Source of the DNA: Nageia nagi
Taxonomy: Eukaryota; Plantae; Pinophyta
Reading direction: 5' to 3'
DNA: 64,000 nucleotides
NCBI GenBank assembly: GCA_050084985.1
Contig: JBITNC010000002.1
Coordinates: 6,324,001 to 6,388,000, forward strand
The position numbers and the translations under genes are program-made. This document shows, one piece after another, positions 49,415 to 63,145 of this stretch. The notes beneath the pieces are model-generated. The model was not told the DNA's origin, did no database searches, and worked only from the letters and a program-made list of their open reading frames with translations. The first letter of the stretch is position 1; each line of letters begins with the position of its first letter.

Positions 49415-50432
49415 GCGTGATATGTTTCCAACCTGTCTGGAAAACTTATTCAGTACACTAGGGAAGTTTTAATTTTATCTTGCATATTTTTATTAGATTT
49501 TGTATCTCTCTGAGTTTTCAAGCTTTTGATCAAGCTCATACTAAAGGGGCCTTAACCTTGGCAATATGTATTTGCTAAACATATATGACCAATATACCCA
49601 CATTGCCCAAGCTTCTTAGACCATTGCTTGTTAGAAGACCTGGTTCAAAGATTTGCTGTATAAAAATTCTCAGCAGTCGATAGCATGTGATTTCAGTGAC
49701 CTTGGTCGCACGCCTGCTTACCTGATGCATCATCACCTGAGACCCGCATATGATAAAGGTCAAATAGTCTCAACTCTGTAAACCAACAACCCTTGAGCAT
49801 CATTTAAGTTCCGAATACCCAATTTGTCCAGTGTACTCTAAGATGGGTGCAGTTCACTTGGTCCATTGGATGTTATAAATATATGTCGTATCACTGCCTT
49901 ATACCTATAAGAGTGTTTGTCCTACTATAAGGTCCAAGAAGTTTCAACACTACTTTGACCTTATCCTTCCCTGTGGGTTTCATAGAGCTCTTTTATTGCT
50001 GTGAATTCTTGCATTTTTATAGTTGATTATTCCATTGATTCTCAAAGCATTACTTTTTACCATTTCTAGGGTTTGGTTGACACGTGTGTGTGATTTTTGT
50101 GTATAGACTTCGTCACTGGGATTGTAAGGCATAGAGCTACTGGTTTGTATTCTCTTCTGAGAATTTTTACACGAGCCAACCTTTGAATCAGGGTGCTTTG
50201 ATAAGTATGGGTTCTCAATTTAGTTCTGAGTCTCACCAACTTAAACTAATAAATAAATTTCACCTGCAACAAAATTGGTGGAGCCTAGAGTGTCATGGTT
50301 CTTCTGTTTTGTACGTGCTCTGGAGTTCAATCTAAACATGATGAATGATTTCATCCAATTTGCATATGTATTTATCTTCATGACAGAGTGATTTTCTCAT
50401 GACTTGTGGCATTTCCTTGTTAGTATCCTAAA

Positions 50433-50505
50433 TGATTCTTGTCCAAGTATAACCATCAACGATTCTTGTTCAAGTATAACCCTCAACGATTCTTGTCCAA
50501 GTATA
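50433..50505. repeat. 27-bp tandem repeat, ~3 copies
   Basis: GATTCTTGT(C/T)CAAGTATAACC.TCAAC. Confidence 0.85.
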
Positions 50506-51664
50506 GTTAATGCCTATTTTTGCTAGAAAGGAAAAACAGGAAATGAATCAAAGAAACTTAGGGACTAATATTTTCGTGATGACAAATATGACATTACAAA
50601 CAATCTGTTTGCCTACACAAGCTTCAAAAGTGATCCCATGTTGAAAGCTTGATTACAACTAATGTACTCCAACAATTCTTTGCTGTGTTTCTTAACATAT
50701 GGTGTCAACAGGTTGGTGTTCGAGGTGTTAATCAGAGTTACTTGCTTCGCATTTCATGGTCAGTCTTTACGAGGAAAAAAACAAAATCACTTGAATTACA
50801 CTAGTAATTACGATCATAAAAGATTATGACACTTCAAATATAAGAATACGACTCAAACAAACTAGTAAAAGTATCTACAGAAAAATATTTTCAACCGGCA
50901 TTTGGAGCCATTATAAACAAGGAAGCGTTATGCAGTATTTTTTTTAGAAAATAAAGAGACATTATTATAAAATTGGTTTTGTTTTTACTGTTAGAACATA
51001 AATTTGGGCTAAAAAACGATGGAAACAGTACTTGTATTGCGAATATGGTGAAGCTTCTTCTGTTATTGGGTTTCATAATACATTTTCTGCAATTGCAGAA
51101 ATAGTGGAAAAGGTAGAGTGAAACTTTATCTTCCTTTCATGATATAGAAACAACAAAAGTTGCTGATGCAAAGGCAAATACAAAACCTGTAGAATGCTGA
51201 ATTTAGTCAATAAATAACATTCAGGATGTGATGATTATTAATCACCTTTAGCCTTTAATGAAAGAAGTTTTTTGGAGGCAGAGAAATTATTAGAAAATGA
51301 TAAAAATCACAGATACCGAAAACCCTTCAATGATGATTTTTCACAAACTTTTTAGTTTGCACATGCATGTGACTTGTTTAGGCATATACATTAAGTGTGC
51401 CATAATAGAATAATGGTTTTATTTTAGAGTCTCTCAGGATAAGGACTTTTCGTACTTTGTAGCTCATGATAGATACTCATACTAAAAGTTTTCTCAACAG
51501 TTCAATGGAGGTGACTAATATGAATCCTATGAAAATAAAGGGTTATTGAACCTGTCACCATAACAAAATCAGTAAGAGCAACAGTTCATATATTTTACTT
51601 TTTTTTGAAGTATGCTAGGAATTATGTTTTGCTACTCAATTTTGTCTTATGCCTAGAATTGAAC

Positions 51665-51835
51665 TTATTTTTTCTGTCTAGCCCACCTTGTGACTGCCGT
51701 TCCTTCATTGAGGTGTAATACATATCTAGGTCCACCTTTCATTTGGGAATTTATTTTTTCTGTCTAGCCCACCTTGTGACTGCCGTTTGTTCATTGAGGT
51801 GAAATACATATCTAGGTCCACCTTTCATAGGGGAG
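51665..51835. repeat. Near-perfect two-copy tandem duplication (~86 bp)
   Basis: TTATTTTTTCTGTCTAGCCCACCTTGTGACTGCCGTT...CTAGGTCCACCTTTCAT occurs twice. Confidence 0.9.
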
Positions 51836-54299
51836 TTTATGAACAATGGCAAAAACAATGTTTGTGAAAGCAAGTCTCCTGCTGCCTGTATTAAGTTATT
51901 TGGAAATTCTTGTGCAAGGGAACCTCAGAGGGCAGATGAAAAACAAGGGCCCATGGCTTTGCTATTTCCATCTACTGCCAATGATGTCCTGTATAGGAAA
52001 GTGTTTGTCCAACTTGCTCTATTTTAGAGCTCTAAGTGTATCTTGAACTCTGCGTATGGCTTTATAAATATGCCCTATCGGTCACTTATTCCCATCCAAA
52101 ATACGAAGGCCTGTATCAAATGCTATCAACAACTATTTCATCTCATAAGCTATCCTTCCTCATCAACAACATGATCAACTATATCGGACAATCCAATTTT
52201 TTGGCACAAGAGAAATATATACTCTTTGCTAAGAATTATTCCTTTTGATCATAAACATCTTGCAAGGAAATCAAATTTGTGGCATATATTGTGATGGCAG
52301 GTTGGTAAACCTCGTTTTTTCAATGTATTGTACCATTAGATTGACCATATATGGATGTTTGTAGACGTGCTTGTTATGGACTATCCCATGTGCACGACCA
52401 ATCTAACCTACTTAAGCTGTCCACTCTCTTCCAGCACCAGATTTATAATTTGGGCTGTGTTGATTAGTTTTTGGTAAACTGTAATATTATACACCCTTAA
52501 TCACAATGTATTTGGATGAAATAATAAATTCTTAGATCGACCTCCTGAGTTGGACGACTCATAAATTTGTTTTATATGAAAGGTAAAGTGGAAAAGAAAG
52601 AGATGAAAAAAAGCAAAAAACAACAAATAAATTTCTGGTTCCAGCAATGTTCTGATTATTTTTTATGAGGAATTTAGGTGTGGGATTTTGAATTTGATCA
52701 CTTTGGCATGTCTATATATCAAAAAAGATTCTATGGACCAAGTATTACTTAAAAAGACGAGTGTTAATGCTGGATAAAACTCAACATAACGACCTGATGA
52801 CCCAACACCTGACCCTACTATACCAATGCCAATGCTGATGTTAGCACCAATGCTGGAGAAACAAAACACTTACATGTGGAATATGAAGCGGTTCAGGTCG
52901 TTTTGAAGCATTGAAAACCTGAAGGGACGCCAATTTCGAATCCATTTATGCCCCTAGTGAGTTTATAAAACAATCCAACAATACAAGAGGAAGAAACAAG
53001 AAGCATAGGAGATGGAAATGGCCTAGTGAGGTCATTCTTGTGGTGGGATTACTGGTTTACTATTGGCAGAGTGTGAGGCTGTTGATATAGGCCATAATGC
53101 TGCTGAAGATAGAGGAGAACTTTATAAGAAGGGAGAAACTTATCCATCACCATGTTGTAATATTGATTAGATGATGGACAATTTCATAGCCATCCTAATC
53201 AAGTTGTATAGCCATTGTATACGGTGAATAATATCATAGTCATTCTTTGCTATTTTATTTCTTATGTACAAAGAAGATCAATGATGTAATAGTGGCAGTT
53301 GCATTGTTGAGAGCATAATGTATTTGTGAGAGGTATAATGTGTGAGTCTTGAACATGAACAAGAAATTTGAAAGAGAGATAATGTTGTCCTAAAGAATGA
53401 TCCAAAAGAAGCTATCAAAGTCTTTCACAAACATGATGGAAGAGAAAGTTCTAGATCATGGGATCAGCCATTAAAAGGAAATGTACTTTCAAAACAGTGA
53501 AAGGTTGTGTTCATTATGTGGATGTGCATTTATTTTTCAAATTTGTGCATATTAAGAACACGGAGAGCATTGAGAAAATGAAAGCAATAAAATCAGAAAT
53601 TTGTATGTGATGTTTTCTTGTAAGCTATAAGCTTTAGAAAATTACAGATCAAAAGTAAAAGAAAAATTTGTAATAGTTATTATGGTTGACTCTTCATTTC
53701 CATTATGTTGTGGCAGTTGATGATCATTGAGTAGTAATGTAGTCATTTGACACTTTCAGTTCTGTGACTTGATGCTATTGTAGTTGGCTTCCCACATGTT
53801 TGTTGTGGCTATGTAGTGGGTGGGGTTGTGTTCAATTTTTTGGATTGATCGTGATCTAATGACAGCCAAGACCTTGTGGAGGGATGATACCATTGTTTAG
53901 GGTGCAAACTTTGGCTTTCTTTGGGCTCCAGGTTGCAATGTGATATTAACATGAAAAATGGGGCAAATACACTTTGAAATTACTAAGAATGAAACATTTT
54001 GTGGCACTTGCTAATGTCATTGTTATGAAATCTCAATATTTGAAATGCAAAAGGCCCATAACTTGTTTTAGAGATTTTAAAATGTTTGACGATGTTATTA
54101 TATTTCAAAGTTGCGACTAAGTTTCATAAGCTTAATACTTTGATCAGGAAACCTAATTTAGATCGAAAATGCTCAATTCATTTGTATGAACTTTATGTTT
54201 GATTGGCTACATTTTGGTGCCTACCAAATTGTAGTGTCTTGTATTCGGGGAAGTGGTTTGGGAACTTCTGGCTTCAAAGGGTTTGGAAGTGGGGGTGAA

Positions 54300-55489
54300 T
54301 GTGATGATCCAAAATTAAAACTCAGCCACAAACTAGCAATATAGGATCATCAAACCTTGATGTCAGGTCTAGGGCACCAAACACAAGCCAACACATCCTC
54401 AGATATGCAACGTTAGGGTTAGGGCATTAGTATTAAACATTCAAATCCTCAAGATGCCAACGTCTGAATATAACATGCAAGATCCAATCAATAATACACC
54501 ATAATGCCAATGTCTAGCAACTACAAGCATATAGCAATGAATACAAACTCACAATGCCAACGTTTGGCCCAAACATGAACGATTAAGCATAAACTATCCA
54601 ACACATGCACAAGTATGACATACACAACATAATAATGAGATCCAATGCCCTATGGCTATACAAATGATGTAGACATGATAACAAGTACAATACCAAGCCC
54701 AATTGGTAGTCGTTAGCCTCAAGGGAGCCAACTAGGGCACAACACTCTAAAATCTCCAATGCTGAACAACTGTAGAACCACAGGATAGATTCACTCCCTC
54801 GGATCTCGAATCCTTTCCATTGAAGGAGCCCTCCTCGAAACCTGGCTAACTGATCGAACGGTAGAAGTAAACCCTCGGGATACCATCGAATGAGCGAAGG
54901 TGCTCCACCAATGCCGTAGATAATCAGGATCCCAACGCCTGACTACCCTTTTAGGTGCTCCACCTAAGGAATACACTTAGCGCTCCGCTAAGGTCCTGTC
55001 CACTGGACGAAGTAGAAGAATAAGTGTAATAATGATCAATAATGGCTGTCCAATACTAAAGCTCCAATGTCTATTTATACATTACTTGTGTCTGGAACTC
55101 ACCTAGGAGTCATCCCAGGCCCATCTAATCCAACGTTGGGTATTTGGGGGGCCCAATCACTTGTAGTGCCAACGTGGGGGTCCTGGAGTCCTCATGAGCC
55201 AATGTGGGGGTATGGGGCCCTCCCCAATGTAGCGCTAGCATGCTAGTGGTTGTCCATCACTCTAATGCATAAACATACCTTGGGATTCCCACAATCCAGG
55301 ATCTCCAATGCAACACATGCCTAATCTACTATTTAGGAGGGAGACGTCCCACTTGGGGCTCACAGTGGAGTCCACTAGACCCATTAAGTCTTCTATACTA
55401 AGTTACATAATGCAAATGCAAGTACATCAAAAAAGTATAGTACAAGATGACCAGACTGGTCCTACTAAAAGTACAAGTGGGACGTCACA
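54300..55489 (-). mobile_element. Solo LTR (1190 bp), same family as 1492-2677
   Basis: TGTGATGATCCAAAATT...GGGACGTCACA; TSD GTGAA/ATGAA; long reverse-complement matches to 1492-2677 (e.g. GGCCCATCTAATCCAAC, CTAGCATGCTAGTGG). Confidence 0.9.
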
Positions 55490-56046
55490 ATGAATTTAGG
55501 GATGTAGGGATGAATTGGATGGAAGGGTCAAGGAGAATGAATTGCTACAAAGGAAAAGAAGAGGAGGAGCCAATTTGGGTCTTGCTTAGGGTTTTCAAGT
55601 TGTAACTACTATGGTTGCTTTTGTTCTAGATCTAGTAAGGCCAAGATTACCTTTTGTAAAGCACATCTTGGAGGCTATGGATGCCCCCTTTGTCATAAGT
55701 TTGCTTCAAAACTTCTACAACATAACATGGAGGAGGGTGGAGGAGAAATAGATACCACGGGAGCAATAGGAGGTAATGTTAAATCCTTTTAGGTGCTTTT
55801 CTTCTATATTAGGCGATGACTCTTCTCTTACATTCACCTCTTTGTTCAGATTGAATTTGTCAATCATTTCTTCAAAAATATTGTCCTCAAGGGTATTGTA
55901 TCCTTCTATTTGCTTCTTGGATTCACATTGAAAATGTCGTTATTCTCTGATTTTCCTAGCTTTCCATCCTAGCTGTTGTATTTGCCATCTTCACTTGGGT
56001 GTAGAACATGTTCTTTTAAATTGACAAGATCCCATTGCCTTATTTT

Positions 56047-57871
56047 TGAAGAAAATCAATTAATACATAAAACATTCATCAAAGTACATATCAGAAAGAT
56101 ACACACAAGATTGGGCTTGAAATCTGGGTTTTATTATGCTTTCATCCCCAAGCTTTATGCTTGATTTCTAGGAATGATCAAGAGATGAAAACAAATCCTT
56201 CTTACCAATCATATGTTTTGTGCACCCACTATGAAAGTTCCAAGTGTCATTACTGAAATTTTCTTGCTTTTCACAAGAAATGAAGACTTTGTCTTCATGC
56301 AACTCCTCTTTTTTATAGGAAAGAAACAAAGAGTTTCTTTTCCATAGGAGTCTTCTTCTCCATAATGGGCTGATCTTCCATCATTGGAGGCTTGTTTCAG
56401 CCTACACTCCCTCTCATAGTGGCCATATCTATTGCAATGATAGCATTTTACATTCCTCTTGTCTCTTCCTCTTCCTCTTGCATTGGATCCTCCTCTTACA
56501 TTGTGAGCTAGGTCACCTTTTGAATTCTGGTCTGTTCCTCTTCTCCTTCTAACTCCTCTCCCATTTTTACCTCTTCCTTTAGAGCCCCTACCTTGACCTC
56601 TACCATGTCCACCATTGTTTCCCTCATTCTCTTTTGCAGAGAATACTTGTTCTTCATTAGAACTTACCCCAACACTTGATCTCTTCAAAATTCTATCTTC
56701 AAGTGATGTAAGAGAATCGATAAGTTGATCATACTCCATGGTGGAAAGGTCATTGGACTCTTAAATGATAATGGCAACATTTTCCCATTTTGGTGTTGAA
56801 GTCCTCAAGACTTTCTTGATCACTAGTGCTTTATCCAATTCTTCTCCTAGAGTGGCCATTTTTTGAACTATGGCTTTCACTCTCACACAGTAGTCACCAA
56901 CACCATCATTCTCTTATTGATGGAGATTGTCAAAATCTCTCCTCAAGGCCTAAAGCTTTACCTCTTTCACCTTCACACTTCCTTAGTAGCCTCTTTCAAG
57001 GCTTTCCATGCTTCCTTTGCTGTCTTACATCCTGCAATCCTTGGAAATATAGACCTTTCCAAAGCTGATTGCAGATGAGAAAGGGCAAGAGAATTCTTCT
57101 TATTCTTTTTCATATTCTTCTTGGCATCATCAACCAATGCATCCCAATCAATATGTTCTGTGTATCCATCCTCTACAATATCCCAAAGGTCTTTTCCTTC
57201 AAGCAAAGTCATCATTCTGATGCTCTAGTATTCATAATATGAGCCATCAAACTTAGAGATTGGAAGTGAGTTTGAGTTGTTGGCCATTAGAGCACTTCTG
57301 CAACAATACCCAAAAAGTTTTCTTCAAACTCCACAAGCTTCTTCAAACCCGACAAACACAATCTTCCTGCTCTTATACCAAATGAAGAAAATCAAATAAT
57401 ACATAAAACATTCATCAAAGTACAGATCTAAAAGATACACACACGATTGGGATTGAAATATGAGTTTTATTACGTTTTCATGGAGGTATATATTCTATCA
57501 AACAATTGGCATGCATAGAAATTTGGCCAATCTATTTGATCTCATCAATGTTTCATTAATCCAACCCAACAAATATGCAAAAATGTTCTGTTATACTCAC
57601 TAAAGCTTTTGGATATGAAAATAGAATAAAAACGACTCTTAGTTACAAAATCGAAGAAAAACTGAAAGGGCAATTCGCCCAAAAACTACTAAAACTACCC
57701 AGACGAAATGCTACTGTATTTAAAAACAGGGAGCTTGAATTTAAACTTCGGAGGGCGAATGCCAACATGTCATTATCTGGATTTGCAACAATTAAAATTT
57801 TCCCTAAGGAGAAATGGAACAAGGGCCTACTTTGTGAGTTTGTGTTGTGTTGAGGTTTGCTAGATTCCTTA
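56047..57871 (-). mobile_element. Internally deleted copia: 5' LTR (~57383-57871), PBS 57369-57380, gag from ATG 57287, then only the last ~99 bp of the 3' LTR (56047-56145)
   Basis: PBS TGGTATAAGAGC; gag MANNSNSLPISKFDGSYYEY*SIRMMTLLEGKDLWDIVEDGY and CYHCNRYGHYEREC; 56047-56145 matches 57383-57481. ATTTT flanks both ends (candidate TSD); right boundary is approximate. Confidence 0.8.
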
Positions 57872-58034
57872 TTTTTTCTATTTATAGCTTTGATGTGTGG
57901 GAAAAGGAAGGAGGCTTCTATTAATAAAGGCCAATTTATATCTCTATTTTCAATCTTCTTGGAGATTCAAGTCTAGTAGACTCTATTTAAGAATTGGAGA
58001 AAGAAGAATAAATAAATTATATTAATGTTCATGA

Positions 58035-61000
58035 CATAGTTTCTAGAATCGTCAATTAATTGGTAGAATCACAAATCAGATCGGATTGACGAAGCAAACA
58101 ATTAATCATCAATTGATTCTTGCAATTTATTTTTTGCTTGACACGGCGATTTTTTTCGATTACTCGTGAATCGGATTGGGTTAAAAAATTAGGGTTAATT
58201 GCGATTCTTGATACAAAATCACTAATATTCTGATAGGCGCAACATTAAGGTTAAAAACATAAAATCTCATACATTTCTTACATTTTCTTCCAACCACAAG
58301 ATGAGAGGAGCTAGGGGAGACAACATTTTTTCACAATTTCTTTGAGATTTCAACACATCCAAGTAAGTTTTTAAAGCTTTTTCCAGTGTTTCTTGAGTTT
58401 TGTTGGGTATTTCTCCTCAAGTTTTTCAATTGCTTTTTTTTTAGTTAGTTTGAGTTTTAATGGGTGTTTTTTTTTTCCTAGTGTCTATGATTACTTGCCC
58501 TTAGTAACATTGTGTTGTTGTTGTTTTTTTTTTTTTTTGTTGTTTTGACAATTGCAAATATGAGTTCACAAGGACATAAGAGGGACCTGTTGGGATGTTT
58601 CTTTCCACTTATGAATGTCACTTAGGTGGCAACAAGAAAAGGGCACCCAACATGTAAGTGAGGTTGTGTTACTAACCCTCTTTTGCAAGGATTGATTACC
58701 CCAAGGATTCTAGCATCATGAAAGTTATTATGAGACTATGATAGTAGCTACACTTGGAATGCTCAATGGGAAGAGAGACAACAACTATCAACCACGTTTT
58801 ACTGTGGGCACTGGAGTTGTCTTGCATCGATTGGAAGGATAGACTTTTGATGGTTAAAAAAGGAAAAATAACAAAATAAACGTAAAAGGAAATGAAAAAT
58901 GGGGATGATGGCATGCAAGGTGAGTACATCCAATGTTAAGTCCATCGATGGACTAGGGGTCATATCACTTTCCTTTCGTGTTTATTCTGCGTGCCTACTC
59001 ACTTATCCAATCCTTGCCACAAATCACCAATTTCAAGTTGTGAACAAGATGAAGCTTGAAGTAGTGTTACCAAGTGCAACAACATGAGCAATATGTCAAA
59101 CCAAACGACATGAAAGAACTTTTCTAACATACATCCATCTACATGCGAACAGTGAATAATGTTCATCAAATGGTAGTCACACAACTTCTTAAGATATTCA
59201 TTCAACTTCCTTACAAGCTAACACTCACAAGGAATGCCCACAAGCCATGTAACAACAAGTGAATGCCAAGTACAAGTACTAAAATTCACAATCCCATTAA
59301 GTGAAACAAGTCTTAGTTTGATTAAATCATGCACAACATTTGCATATAAGAGAGTGTTAAAAATATTAGCATGTTCAAAATAGCTCCTCTTGAGTAAAAT
59401 GATCGTCCTCCCTCAAAATGAGCCCTCTAGGGCTACTTATAGTTTTTGGAAGAAAAACCTAACCCTAATGCAAACTCAAATGAAATTCATCTAAATTAAC
59501 CCTAATGAACAATGATCCAATAAAAACATGCCACTTGGTGATAGAAGATTAAATCCAACACTTGTGGGAGCAAATCCTCATCCAACATAAGGCTTAATTG
59601 AAATGTATAAAATTTGAAGTCCAAAATAGATAAATTATGCATAATAAAATTTAAAATATTGCATTACAAGTTCAACGCCTGCATCAACTGGTGCCCATGA
59701 GTTCATTTGCCCTTTTCATCTCTGCAACTCATGACTTGGAACCTTCACCATTCGCATGTCAACGATGTCTCCGTTCTTGAGTAGTCACCTTGTCTTAGCT
59801 GAGATGTGCGCCTGGAAGCTTGGTGTAGGTGTTTGGAGAGTCACCACTTTTGTCCTAGTGAAGATACGTGCCGGAAAGGAGGAGTTTGGGCCTTGCGCAA
59901 GTGTCATGAAGGTCATGAGGTTTGTTTTGTCCCAAACTTGCGCTTGGAGGTGGAGTAACATTAACTTAACCAATTTTTGCTTAAGGTAGCTAGTCTCGCT
60001 CAAACCAAGGAGCAAGCACTTTTGTTATCATTTTCTTGTCTTTTGGAGAACCTATGCCAAGGAGGAAAGGTGCACAAGGTTGTCTCATGTCTCGAGGAGG
60101 GAATGGATCTAGTCTTGCCTGACAACTGTGCTTAGGAAGATAAGCTTGGTTTGGCGCATCTCTGAGGGAGTTAAGATTCTTATTGTCTTGCAAACATGTT
60201 CTCGTGGAGAGAGATCTTTCATGTCTTATACTCAGTCATCTTCTCCTTTTGGTTACTTGTATATATGATTTTGAGTCCCTTGAAGGGAGCGCATGGTTAC
60301 GGAGAGTCATAATATATGTCTTGATGGAAACATGTGCTCAAGATGAGACCATAAGATTGGCGCAAGGTTCTAGGAGGTCAATGATCTTGTCTTGGCTCAA
60401 AGATGCATCTGGAAGCTTGGCGCAAATGTCTAGGGAGTTACCATTGTTGTCCAGGCTCAACCATGCACCCAAGGAGACTAGGCACAAGTCTTATAAGTGT
60501 CATGATGCTCATCTTAGTACAAATTTGTGCCCAAGAAGAGAAGGCAAGCTTGGCGTAGGTTTGAGGGTACTCATGATGCTTTTCTTACTTGAGATCTGCG
60601 CCAAGGAAGAGGGGTATATGTGCCTAGCACAAGTCTTGCTAGAGTGAAGGTGTTTGTCTTAGTCTAGACCTGTGCTTGGAAGAAGAATAGACTTGGTGCA
60701 AATCCTATGGAAGTCAAGAACCTTGTCTTGGTCCAGATTTGTGCCGAAGAGAGACTACTAAGCCTGGTGCACTCTAGGAGGTCAAAACTCTTGTCTTGGT
60801 TTGGATTTGCACCATGAATGGAGATGCTTTTTAACTTATGACTTTTTTTTATTTTTTGGAGACTTCGTGCCAGTTGGAAGGCTCTTATAGGCTGGTGCAA
60901 GTTTGGAGGGGTTCACCATCCTCGTCTTCATCAACATTTGCACCTGGGAGGAGACTAGCTTGACACAAGGCCCATAAAGGTCACGAATTCATGTCTCTTG

Positions 61001-63013
61001 GCAACCTTGCTCTTGGGCTCTAGGAGTGTTGCCATGATTGGTACGTAGCCAATTTTGCTTCCTGATCACATATCTTTGCCTTTTGAGGTCCTTGGAAGGT
61101 TTGTGCAAGTCTTGGAGGAGACATGAATGTTGTCTCCCTGGGACATGCACCTGAATGGGACTTATCCAAATTTTTGAGTTGCATGTTCCAAAGAGTTACT
61201 TTTTCATTCTTCACTTGTCCTGAGTTCTAGTATCCCTTAATCATAAGACGTTGTTCCCTTGGTCCCTCCACTCGAGTAGGTGTCTCTTTGCCAAAATTTA
61301 TGGATCCCCAAAATTTGCTAGAATTTAGGGGCGTGTTGTGAAGGCCACAATAGGACCATATTTGGGCTCATATGAAAAAAACTAAAACAAAATGCAACAA
61401 CATTTGCAATTACTATCGAGCAATTGTTGGTGGAGGCCCATAGAGGATGAATTTTTAATTAGTGAGAATCACTTTACAAAATGTTAGACCTTGTCCTAAG
61501 GTAAATGTTGACGTGCAAATGCAAATGAATGGCTACTTAAAGGTTTAAGTACAAAAAAGAGAAGCAAAGAAAAGATCACAAGAAGAAATGCCTAGACCTC
61601 CATCTAATCCATCTCTAGCTCCATCCCCATGCTTTCCTTCCTCAATGGCTAATAATGAAGAAGGCAATGCCAGTGCATAACATACCAACAAGATTAGGCA
61701 TCACCTAGCATTTTTCAGTTTTTGCAGGCACTAGTTGTGGAATGAGGTGTGATTTATTTGTCCCTCATGGTAGCCAAGACACACTTGATGCAACATGGAA
61801 CATTTATAAGTTTAACGAAGCCAGAAAGGCAGTGGGTAATTTTTGGTATTACTCTAACATTCCCTTCAATGTGGTGAAATCGCCATATTGGGACTAGATG
61901 GTTAGTGTAATTGTAGTTTGTGGTCCCGAGTTCAAAGCACCAAAGTACAATGACTTGCAAGGTCCTTCATTTCAGGAGGTTGTTACAAACATTAGGAGGA
62001 TTATTGATGAGCAGTAAAAGATTTGGAGAAAGGGATACAACATTCTTAGTGATGGTTGGAACGATGTACATGGAAGAAAATTGTTGAACGTTTTGGTTTC
62101 TTCTCTAGGAGGTCTAGTATTCCTGAATTCAGTGGATGCATCAGGACATATAGAAAGTGTTGATTATTTATTTGGCCAACTACAGGAGGTTATTGAGGAT
62201 GTGGGGGTTGAGAACATTTTGTAGGTAAATTTTATGTCTATTTTATCTTAATTTTTTAAATTATTTTGTATAGATTATTATTTTTTGATTTAAATTTTTA
62301 AGAATTAATTCATCTCCATTTAAATTTTATGTTGAGTAGGTTATCACGAATAACACTTCTACATACATTTCAGTCGAGAAGATGATTGAGGATGCATTAC
62401 CCACCATTTCCTAGACTCCTTGTGCTACACATCCTTGATTTACTTCTCAAGGACATTGGAAAGATTAACTAGATCAAGGATATTGTAGAAAAAGCAAAGA
62501 ATATCACCAAATATATCTACAATTATTCTTGGGTCCCTAATTTGATGAGAACAAAATTTATAGAAGGAAAGGGACTAGTGCATGTAGGTAAAGTTTCTAT
62601 CATTTCTTAATTTTCATTTCATTTATTTTCACTTTTTTGAATTTTTAGATTTTCTGACATTTGCATGCAAAGGCTACACGATTTTCAACATCATTTCTTT
62701 CATTGCAGAGTGTTTATAACAAACGAGTTGCATTGAAGCAAATGCTTGTGTGTGACAAGTGGATGGAGTCTAGATATGCATGTGAATCAAATAACAAGAA
62801 TGTTGTGAATGTAATCTTTTGAGTATGATTATGGGACGATAGCACGAGGTTATTAAGGATTAATTCTATTTCAACTTTTCAACTATCAATGTTTAATTAA
62901 TTAAAGTTTTTATTAATTTTGTTGCATAAGTTGCTTTGCAAATTTTAGAACCGTTAGTGAAGGTGCTTCGCCTTGTGGACTTAGACAAACCTTCTATGGG
63001 AAACTTGTATGAG
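58035..63013 (+). mobile_element. hAT DNA transposon with decayed intron-containing transposase (BED finger, DUF659-type core), interrupted by a solo LTR; 3' end not in the window
   Basis: Candidate TIR CATAGTTTCTAGAATCG with AATC/GATT-rich subterminal region. MSSQGHKRD joins HIWAHMKK...CNYYRAIVGGG...RPCPKV; then WYYSNIPFNVVKSPYW, ILSDGW, GLVFLNSVDASG, IEDVGVENI|intron|VIT, TPCATH, |intron|ATRF and EPLVKVLRLVDLDKPSMGNLYE. Confidence 0.88.
58588..61352 (-). mobile_element. Large solo LTR (2765 bp, probably Ty3/gypsy) inserted in the hAT transposase
   Basis: TGTTG...CAATA (CA>TA) ends; perfect TSD GGACC (58583-58587 / 61353-61357); TATA-like motif on the minus strand near 59435; degenerate CTTGG(C/T)GCA sub-repeats at ~59.8-61.1 kb; no coding motifs. 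Confidence 0.85.
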
Positions 63014-63145
63014 GAAATTAGGCTCAAGGGGCATGCTAGAGGTCTCAAAGTTTCTATATGTGATAGCATTACGCTATACTTCTCCTTGACCTTTCACACT
63101 TTAACTATGATTGACCACAACTATGCTTTTGATTCATTGTGATAT

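Noticed and set aside
59756-61214. Several ORFs up to 154 aa
   Set aside because: They fall within the sub-repeat region of a TSD-bounded solo LTR; no domain motifs.
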